Shown here piece after piece: positions 57,031 to 64,000 of a stretch of 64,000 nt of DNA; the stretch's first letter is position 1; every line of letters begins with the position of its first letter. The position numbers and the translations under genes were made by a program. Source of the DNA: Thermoanaerobaculia bacterium (GTDB lineage Bacteria > Acidobacteriota > Thermoanaerobaculia > Multivoradales > Multivoraceae); NCBI GenBank assembly GCA_963664405.1, contig OY761158.1:5376001-5440000 (forward strand), read 5' to 3'. Below the pieces are notes generated by a model. It was not told the origin of the DNA and searched no databases. It was given only the letters and a program-made list of their open reading frames with translations.

Positions 57031-58617
57031 ATGACCGATCACGATCTCTACCTGTCTTCCAAAGCCTGGCCCTTCGTCGAGGCGCGCAAGGTCGTCGATC
57101 GCCATCGCGGCGGGGCTCCCGAGAAGGGCTACGCACTCTTCGAGACCGGCTACGGCCCTTCCGGGCTGCCGCATATCGGCACCTTCGCCGAGGTGGCGCG
57201 CACCTTGATGGTCCTGCACGCGTACCGTCGCATCTCCGATCTACCGGCGCGGCTGATCTGCTTCTCCGACGACATGGACGGCCTGCGGCGGGTGCCTGGC
57301 AACGTTCCCAACCAGGAGCTTCTCGAGGCCAATCTCGGCAAGCCGCTGTCGCAGGTGCCCGACCCCTTTGGGACGCACGAGAGCTTCGCTGCGCACAACA
57401 ATGCGCGGCTTCGGGCCTTTCTCGACCAGTACGGCTTCGAGTACGAGTTCCTCTCTTCGACCGAGTGCTACAAGAGTGGCCGTTTCGATGAGGCTCTGCT
57501 TCTCGTTTTGCGCCACTACGACCAGATCCGGTCGGTGATGCTCGAGACCTTGGGAGAGGAGCGGCGCAAGACCTACTCTCCTTTCCTACCGGTGTGTCCG
57601 AAGACGGGAGTGGTGCTGCAGGTACCGACTGTCGCCAGAGACGTCGACGCCGGCACCATCAGCTTCGTTGACGGTGATGGAGAGACGCAGACCGTTCCGG
57701 TGACCGGTGGCCACGTGAAGTGCCAGTGGAAGGTCGACTGGGCGATGCGCTGGCATGCTCTCGAGGTCGACTACGAGATGTCCGGTAAAGACCTCATCGA
57801 GTCGGTGAAGGTGTCCTCGGCGATCCAGCGAGTCTTGGGTAGCAAGCCACCGGCGGTCCTCAACTACGAGCTCTTCCTCGACGACAAAGGACAGAGAATC
57901 TCAAAGTCCAAAGGCAATGGGCTCACCATGGACGAGTGGCTTGCGTACGCCAGCCCCGAGAGTCTCTCCTGGTACATGTATCAGAGCCCGAAGCGTGCGA
58001 AGCGTCTCTACTTCGACGTCATTCCTCGCGCTGTCGACGACTACTACGAGGCGCTGGACCGCTATGCCGGCGAAGACGCAGAGAAGCAGATCCAGAGTGG
58101 TATTTTTCACATCCACGACGGCTCGCCGCCCGAGTTCGACCTGCCGATCACCTTCTCGCTCTTGCTCAACCTGGTGAGCGCCGCGCATGTGACCGACAAA
58201 GAGCGGCTGTGGGATTTCGTGCGTCGTTATCGCCCCGGTGCCGACGCCGACAACCATCCCGAGCTCGACCGTCTGCTCGACTACGCGTTGCGCTACTACC
58301 AAGACTTCGTAGCACCGAACCAGGACTATCGAGCGCCCGACGATCGGGAGCGGGCTGCGATGATCGATCTCGTCTCTCGCTTGCGGGGTCTGGGTGGCGA
58401 TGCGCAAGCCGAGACCCTGCAACACGAGGTCTACGAGGCCGGGAAGAGTCAGGACTTCGATTCTCTGCGCGACTGGTTTCGCGCTCTGTACGAGTGTCTG
58501 CTCGGACACTCGCAGGGCCCGCGCATGGGTAGCTTCATCGCTCTTTACGGGGTCGCATCGACGATTGAGCTCCTCGAAGAGGCAATTGGGCGCGGTGCGG
58601 AGGAAGGGGCCTCCTAA
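57031..58617 (+). CDS. lysS: Class I lysyl-tRNA synthetase
   Basis: ETGYGPSGLPHIGTFAE (HIGH-like), SDDMD, KCQWKVDW, GKD, ISKSKGN (KMSKS-like), GPRMG. Confidence 0.95.
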   Translation: MTDHDLYLSSKAWPFVEARKVVDRHRGGAPEKGYALFETGYGPSGLPHIGTFAEVARTLMVLHAYRRISDLPARLICFSDDMDGLRRVPGNVPNQELLEANLGKPLSQVPDPFGTHESFAAHNNARLRAFLDQYGFEYEFLSSTECYKSGRFDEALLLVLRHYDQIRSVMLETLGEERRKTYSPFLPVCPKTGVVLQVPTVARDVDAGTISFVDGDGETQTVPVTGGHVKCQWKVDWAMRWHALEVDYEMSGKDLIESVKVSSAIQRVLGSKPPAVLNYELFLDDKGQRISKSKGNGLTMDEWLAYASPESLSWYMYQSPKRAKRLYFDVIPRAVDDYYEALDRYAGEDAEKQIQSGIFHIHDGSPPEFDLPITFSLLLNLVSAAHVTDKERLWDFVRRYRPGADADNHPELDRLLDYALRYYQDFVAPNQDYRAPDDRERAAMIDLVSRLRGLGGDAQAETLQHEVYEAGKSQDFDSLRDWFRALYECLLGHSQGPRMGSFIALYGVASTIELLEEAIGRGAEEGAS

Positions 58618-58694
58618 GCACTCGCCTCCCTTGTGCCAGGCCGGAGGGCCGTCTTTCGTCTTCTCTCGTTAGAACCCTAACGAGGGAGGCGAAG

Positions 58695-58874
58695 ATGTCT
58701 CGATCGACACCAACCGTATCCGCGTCGCCGTCAGCCTCAGAAGAGCACTCGCAACGTCCTCTGCTCGAGACCGTGCGTCGGCAGCTCCGAGTGCGCCGAA
58801 GAGGGAGGCGAACGGAGAAGGCTTACGTGGGCTGGATCCGGCGCTACATCTTGTTCCATGGAAAGCGACAGCCT
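58695..58874 (+). pseudogene. intI: Integron integrase N-terminal fragment (truncated intI)
   Basis: LLETVRRQLRVR..RTEKAYVGWIRRYILFHGKRQP matches the IntI N-terminal SAM-like domain; catalytic domain absent. Confidence 0.85.
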
Positions 58875-59009
58875 ATGGCCGCTCTCGGTCACCATCCGAA
58901 CCGCTTCCTCTTTGAACTCCCGACTGAAACTCCTCCGGGTTGCTGAGATCGACACCTCCCAGCCCATTATCGGGCTTGATCAGGTATCCACGAAACCCGG
59001 GGAACTCCA
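58868..59009 (-). mobile_element. IS3-family left-end remnant
   Basis: IRL-like TGGAGTTCCCCGGGTTTCGTGGATAC followed by OrfA-like RRSFSREFKEEAVRMVTESG. Confidence 0.78.
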
Positions 59010-59036
59010 CTCGTGCTCCTTGGTAGACTCAGCCTG

Positions 59037-59321
59037 ATGAAGCACGCGGTGGAAGTCGAAGCGCGTTCGGGTTTTCGTATCTGGGTTCGATTCGACGACG
59101 GCGTTGACGGCGAGATCGATCTCTCAGACCTGGCAGGCCGGGGCGTTTTTCGAGCATGGGAGGATCGCGCTGTGTTCGAGGCGGTGTCCGTTGGCCCTGG
59201 CGGCTGTGTTGCGTGGCCGGGCGATCTGGAGATTTGCCCCGACAGCACCTATCTTCGCCTAACCGGGAAGGACCCAGAGGACATTTTTCCGAGACTCCGC
59301 CCGAGCTCGGCGCATGCCTGA
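59037..59321 (+). CDS. DUF2442 family protein (putative antitoxin), cassette 1
   Basis: IWVRFDDGVDGEIDLS..GVF..W..F..VAWPGDLEICPD. Confidence 0.85.
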   Translation: MKHAVEVEARSGFRIWVRFDDGVDGEIDLSDLAGRGVFRAWEDRAVFEAVSVGPGGCVAWPGDLEICPDSTYLRLTGKDPEDIFPRLRPSSAHA

Positions 59322-59574
59322 GCTATCTCGGTTCTACGGCATCATCATCCGAATGTACTTCGGAGATCATCCGCCGCCACACTTCCACGCGTTCTACGGA
59401 GAGTACGAGGCTCTCGTGAGGATCGAGAACCTCTCGGTGTTGGCGGGCTCGATGCCCGCGCGGGCTCTCGGTCTCGTCGTGGAATGGGCGTCGTTGCATC
59501 AAGAAGAGCTCCGTGCGGCGTGGCGGCGCGCCAGCGAGAATCAGGTACCGGGGAAGATCCAGCCCCTACCATGA
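59314..59574 (+). CDS. DUF4160 family protein (putative toxin), cassette 1
   Basis: MPELSRFYGIIIRMY..DHPPPHFHA, EWASLHQEEL..W, IQPL. Confidence 0.9.
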   Translation: MPELSRFYGIIIRMYFGDHPPPHFHAFYGEYEALVRIENLSVLAGSMPARALGLVVEWASLHQEELRAAWRRASENQVPGKIQPLP

Positions 59575-59584
59575 TCTGCCAGTT

Positions 59585-59646
59585 GCCTAACCTTGCGCTG
59601 GAGCGGACGCCCATTGCGAGCGCCGCTCAGCTTAGGACTGTTAGAT
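59585..59646 (+). other. Integron attC site 1
   Basis: R'' GCCTAAC, L'' GCTGGAG (extra G) / L' CTCAGC, R' GTTAGAT; 62 bp. Confidence 0.88.
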
Positions 59647-59863
59647 GGCCACTGAATTGAGAGGAATCAAATGATCGAGACTGCGGGGGTCGCGCTTGCG
59701 ACTCTTGTGGCCACAATCGGCCCGCTCGACGTCGCCGCCATTTTTGCCGCGCTAACAGCGGGCGCGACTCCGCAGCAGAGGCGTTCGATGGCGATTCGCG
59801 GATCAGTGATGGCTGCCGTGATTCTGGTTTCGTTCGCACTGGTCGGCGAGCTTCTCCTAGCTA

Positions 59864-61589
59864 GATCGCGTCCGGAAACGGACGAAATAGAGTGGTGTCC
59901 GGGTCTCATCGAGCTTTTTTTCGAAGCCTGTTGCGTGCGATTCCAGGTTTTCTGTACCTGGTTCGCTGGATCAGGAAGGCTCGGCTGCTTTGACGGCGTA
60001 TTGCGGGGTTGGTGCTCCGTTTCTCCAGCAGTGCTGGGGGTGAATCGAACGGTGTGCGATGCCCTATTTCAGTTGATGAGGTGCCTTGCGGTGACGAGGA
60101 GGTTGCTGGTGATCACACTCGCCCAAGCGTAGCTCTGGAAGGAAGGCCAGGATCTCCAAGTGCATCGCTTGAGTCCAAAGGCGCGTTTGAGAAAGGAGAT
60201 GATGCCTTCGATACCGGCGCGAAAGTCGCGCAGCCGCTTGTAGACCCAGGAGCTCTGGGCCATGTCACTGACCTGAAGGCCCCGGCCCTTGCTGAAGACG
60301 ACATCGTGCACGAAATAGAGTGGTGTCCCATCTGCTTGATCTCTTCGAGATTGGCTTTGGAGGCGAACCCGCCGTCGAAGGCGATCTGGCGCGGGGGTTG
60401 GCTATGGTTGGCGATGTGGCGCTGGACCATGGTCGTGGCGAGGCTGGAGTCGGGCGGGTTTCCCTGGAGGATCACGAGATCCAGGACAAGGGACGAGGAG
60501 CCGGCGGTGAGGCAGACCTTGTGGCCGTAGAGCGTTTCTCTGGCGTCTTTGCGAATGATCGCGGTGTGCTCCTCGAAGATCGAGACGATCTTCTCGCTCG
60601 CGGGGACCGTTTCGCCGTCGAGAATTCTACGGCGTGTCGGGTCGATGACCGTGGCGGTGCGCTCGAGGAAACAGTCGAGCTCCTCGAGGAGTCGACGGGC
60701 GCCGGATTCCTGGGAAGGCCCCTGCTTGGCGAGCACATTCCGGGCCGCCTTGGCTGAATCTTGGACTTTCTCGGTGATCTGGATCAGGTCGCGGTAGGGC
60801 TGGAGCCGCATATCCTTGGTGCGCGAGTCGTTGATCTTCTTGCGCCGCCTCTTGGCTTGCCGCGATCGGTCGCGGAACGAGAAGTGCTCGCTGCCCAGCA
60901 GGCCTCGCGCCCTTGCGAGCAATCGGGTAAGCACCCGAACGCAATCCCAGAGCAGCTCGGAGTCGGTCGGATGATGGATGTTGGACTCCACCACGGTGGC
61001 GTCCACCCGGACTCTGTTGCCTCGCTCCACTCCCGTGTCGAGTGCCAGGGCCACGATTCGCTTGTGAATCGCCTCCAGGGTGGCGCACGTCAGTGCCTTG
61101 ATGTTCTGGGCCAGCGTCGACTTCTTCGGCGTCCACCCGACGAGGCCGAGGCGGCAGAAGGTCCGGTAGCTACGGGAATCCTCAAGGTGGAAGGCGAGCT
61201 CCGAATAACTGAAACCGCCCATCTGCTTCACGATCAGGGCCCGGACCACCTGCTCGCCCGACATGCCTCGCGCCCCGGTGCTCTGGCCTTTGCCTCCAGC
61301 CTGTAGCTGCAGGTCTTGCCACGCAAGCTCGTAGATTCTAGGATCCCTGTCGAGGAGGCGAGAGATCGCTTCGAGTTCTTTGGCATGGTCCAGATCGAGC
61401 CACTTTTCGGTGAGATCAGGCTGAATACTGACGGCTTGTCGCATCTCGGGCTGGCTCCTTCTCGGCGTAAGCTATTTAGAATCAACGGTTTCGTCACCTA
61501 GACTCTATCAAGCTCCGCGGAGAATTACCAGCCCTGCCTCCCTCGCAAGCCACTGACGCAAAACAACTTACACGATTCCGGACGAGAAC
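59864..61589 (-). mobile_element. ISNCY-family (ISDol1-like) insertion sequence
   Basis: Imperfect IRs GATCGCGTCCGGAAACG / GTTCTCGTCCGGAATCG; 6-bp target duplication TAGCTA (59858-63, 61590-95). Confidence 0.85.
60069..61444 (-). pseudogene. ISNCY DDE transposase, frameshifted by a 14-bp insertion
   Basis: RVDATVVESNIHHPTDS, KIVSIFEEH, YGHK, FDGGFAS; C-terminus FRAGIEGIIS in another frame; removing 60313-60326 gives 454 codons. Confidence 0.87.
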
Positions 61590-61595
61590 TAGCTA

Positions 61596-61830
61596 GCGTA
61601 GGTACGTCGGGACGACTTGGAGACGGGAAGTAACGGTGCGCAGTCAGGATACTCTGTTGGCACCGCACGGGGAGAAGAAGGCCGGAAGAGCATTGGTGCT
61701 TCGTGCCCGTTAGCTAGCGTGGTCCTGGGAGCGTTGCGTAGAAGACAGTGGCGACACGAGAGATCGTGATCCCGTTTAGGAGAGTGCCAGAGTGTGCGGC
61801 TCCCACTCCTGTGCGGTTTGCGCACAAGAG
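61596..61830 (+). ncRNA. Putative IS110 bridge RNA
   Basis: Structured non-coding end with four segments matching target and donor flanks at the CT core (see findings); strand assumed. Confidence 0.6.
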
Positions 61831-61838
61831 GAGGATGT

Positions 61839-63245
61839 ATGTCTCGGAAGAAAGAGCGTCGTCGGTCGGCGGGTGATTCGAAGCGCCGTCGATCCCAGCT
61901 GCCGGCAAGCCTTGAGCAGGTCAACCTGAATGCTGCCGGGATCGATATCGGAGCGACGGAGCATTGGGTGGCGGTGCCCGAAGACCGGGATTCGCAGCCG
62001 GTTCGGAAGTTCGGAGCGTTCACGGCGGATCTGTACTCGCTGGCCGAGCATCTTCTGGCGTGTGGGATCGACACGGTGGTGATGGAGTCGACGGGTGTGT
62101 ACTGGATTCCATTGATGGAGGTGCTCGAGGAGCGGGGTTTCGAGGTGAAGTTGGTCGACCCTCATCGTCTTCGCCAGGTTCCTGGTCGCAAGAGCGACGT
62201 GCTGGATTGCCAATGGCTTCAGCAGCTGCACACCTTTGGGCTGTTGGGGGGAGCGTTTCGGCCGGACGATCAAATCTGTGTTCTGCGCAGCTACCTGCGA
62301 CAGCGCGCGATGCTGGTCTCGTACGCAGGCCAGCATATTCAACACATGCAAAAGGCGATGACCCAGATGAACATCAAACTCCAGCATGTGGTCAGCGACA
62401 TCACGGGGGCGACCGGGATGCGGATCATCCGAGCGATTCTCGAGGGTGAGCAGGATCCAAAACGATTGGCCCAGATGCGAGATGGTCGATGCAAGAACAG
62501 CGAGGCGACGATCGCCAAGGCGCTGGAAGGTCATTGGCGTGAAGAACATCTCTTCGAGCTCCGGCAGGCGGTGGAGCTTTTCGATATCTACCACCAGAAA
62601 GTCGGCGAGTGCGACCAGAAGATCGAGACCTACCTCGAAGGTTTCGAAGACCAATCGGGCGGACAAACCCCACCGAAGAAGGCCAAGGAGAAGCAGACCC
62701 GGACCGGGTTGGGCTTCGATGCGCGCTCTCATCTGTTCCGCATGACAGGGGTCGACCTCACAGCGATCGAGGGAATTCAGGCGCACACGGCACTGAAAGT
62801 CATCGGTGAGATCGGACTCGACATGACTCGATGGCCCAACTCGAAGCATTTCGCGTCGTGGCTCGGGCTCTGTCCCGGGAGCAAGATCACCGGCGGCAAG
62901 CAGCTGAGTAGTCGCTCGAAAGCCTCGGCGAATCGGGCTGCCTCCGCCCTGCGATTCGCCGCGAATGGCCTGCATAACTCGCACAGCTCTCTCGGCGCCT
63001 TTCTCCGTCGCAAGAAGGGTCAGATCGGAAGACCGGAGGCCATCACCGCAACCGCTCACAAGCTCGCACGCATCATCTACTCGATGCTCCGATACGGAAC
63101 CGAGTACGCTGCGAAGTCACAGGACTACTACGAGACCGAGTATCGAAAACGTGTCCTCAAGAACCTCAAACGCAACGCTAAACGTCTCGGCTTCTCCCTT
63201 CTGCCGCTCGATCGCGGCTCGCTACAGACAGAGGAAGTTACTTAG
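61839..63245 (+). CDS. IS110 DEDD recombinase/transposase
   Basis: GIDIG, VMESTG, KSDVLDC, FASWLGLCP, AITATAHKLA; GAGGAGG RBS; stop TAG supplied by target DNA. Confidence 0.95.
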   Translation: MSRKKERRRSAGDSKRRRSQLPASLEQVNLNAAGIDIGATEHWVAVPEDRDSQPVRKFGAFTADLYSLAEHLLACGIDTVVMESTGVYWIPLMEVLEERGFEVKLVDPHRLRQVPGRKSDVLDCQWLQQLHTFGLLGGAFRPDDQICVLRSYLRQRAMLVSYAGQHIQHMQKAMTQMNIKLQHVVSDITGATGMRIIRAILEGEQDPKRLAQMRDGRCKNSEATIAKALEGHWREEHLFELRQAVELFDIYHQKVGECDQKIETYLEGFEDQSGGQTPPKKAKEKQTRTGLGFDARSHLFRMTGVDLTAIEGIQAHTALKVIGEIGLDMTRWPNSKHFASWLGLCPGSKITGGKQLSSRSKASANRAASALRFAANGLHNSHSSLGAFLRRKKGQIGRPEAITATAHKLARIIYSMLRYGTEYAAKSQDYYETEYRKRVLKNLKRNAKRLGFSLLPLDRGSLQTEEVT

Positions 63246-63705
63246 GAGTCTCGGAATATCCCTCGCTGCATTGAGGACAGCTGGAGGAATATTGCTCTTG
63301 CTAATAGGTATAGACATGGTATTCGCGCGTTCGTCCGGCGGAACTTCTACCACGGACGATGAGGAGCGGGAGGCCGCATCGAAGCAGGACATATCCGTGT
63401 TTCCTCTAGCAACACCGTTGATAGCCGGCCCTGGCGCCATGGGTGCCGCCATACTTCTCATGGCGAATGCCGAAGGAGAGCTAGCGCGGCAGATGATCGT
63501 AATTGCTTCCATTCTCGCGATCGTTCTCCTCACATTCGCTGCGTTAATGGTCGCAAGCAGGCTTCAACGGCGTCTCGGGATCACCGGGATGCATGTGGTG
63601 ACGCGGGTCTTTGGCGTCCTGCTGTCTGCGCTGGCCGTTCAGTTTATGTTTGACGGCATTGAGCAAAGCGGACTGCTTGGAAAATGAGTGCCTTGCCGAA
63701 CCACG

Positions 63706-63762
63706 ATCTAACCCGGCGCTGGTGGCGACGCGCCAAGCGCGCGCCTCAGCTCAGCGTTATAC
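63706..63762 (+). other. Integron attC site 2
   Basis: R'' ATCTAAC (exact complement of the upstream R' GTTAGAT), GCTGGTG/CTCAGC, R' GTTATAC; 57 bp. Confidence 0.85.
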
Positions 63763-63819
63763 GGTAATGGCGAGGCTAGGATTCCCGGCGTCGTGGCGTC
63801 GCTTCTGAGCGTAATAGCC

Positions 63820-64000
63820 ATGAATCAGATCTTTCGGTTCTCCAGCTCGGTCAAGCGGGATCCAGCCATCGATGCCTGGATGAAGGAGCATTCGGGTGAG
63901 TTGGGGTCTATCGCGCGGGACTGGTTTGACGTCATCCGCGAGCGTGGAGACGATGTTCGAGAACTCTTGCATGACGGCCATCCGACCGCGTGCGTAGCGG
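63820..64000 (+). CDS. DUF1801-like protein (cassette 3; 3' truncated by window)
   Basis: Read manually: MNQIFRFSSSVKRDPAIDAWMKEHSGELGSIARDWFDVIRERGDDVRELLHDGHPTACV. Confidence 0.75.
   Translation, partial: MNQIFRFSSSVKRDPAIDAWMKEHSGELGSIARDWFDVIRERGDDVRELLHDGHPTACVA

Larger units (their letters stand above)
59859..63242 (+). mobile_element. IS110-family element (CT core) containing an ISNCY insertion
   Basis: CT core at 59857-58 and 63241-42; excision restores marC; ~245-nt non-coding left end precedes the recombinase. Confidence 0.88.
59671..63687 (+). pseudogene. MarC family membrane protein (cassette 2) interrupted by nested IS elements
   Basis: Joining 59671-59858 to 63243-63687 gives a 633-nt ORF (..GELLL|RSLGISLAALRTAGG..FPLATPLIAGPGA..). 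Confidence 0.92.

Noticed and set aside
59671-60132. 153-aa ORF and 62965-63687 ORF as independent genes
   Set aside because: Chimeric read-throughs of the two marC halves into IS sequence.
60069-60330. Programmed frameshift in the ISNCY transposase
   Set aside because: No slippery motif; a discrete 14-bp insertion explains the frame change exactly.
59859-63242. IS110 as an attC-targeting IS1111-type element
   Set aside because: It is inserted in the marC coding sequence, both attC sites are intact, its long non-coding end is upstream and no subterminal IRs were seen.

Overview
High-GC bacterial chromosomal segment, probably Acidobacteriota (inferred from protein families and the lnt-prfB gene order; not verifiable here). 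About 58 kb is housekeeping or metabolic: nadQ-nadABC with two NadQ boxes, lipB, class I aldolase, nfeD/SPFH/SPOR/lnt/prfB (with +1 frameshift), tesB, cls, ROK kinase, a four-hotdog/CoA-transferase/CitE cluster, PilZ/FHA/STAS genes, FMO, vapBC, glpD, asmA and class I lysS. The last 5.3 kb is a decayed integron: a truncated intI, an IS3 remnant, two attC sites and three cassettes. Its marC cassette is split by an IS110 that itself carries an ISNCY. The most interesting signals are: (1) a tightly coupled 7-8 gene operon (21.7-30.1 kb) with an orphan GlmL/MutL-like actin-fold ATPase, a DUF6754/FnIII protein and three uncharacterised membrane proteins, but no B12 mutase in the window; (2) four 166-167 bp CTAG-bounded palindromic elements with a shared core but different, compensated outer stems, three of them on TAG stop codons; (3) an IS110 non-coding end with four core-anchored guide-like matches to its own target and donor in a non-canonical order; (4) an identical 14-bp sequence at two ACG|CC sites in the ISNCY, one of which frameshifts its transposase. 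No rRNA, tRNA or CRISPR array was seen. All family calls come from motif recognition, not database searches.
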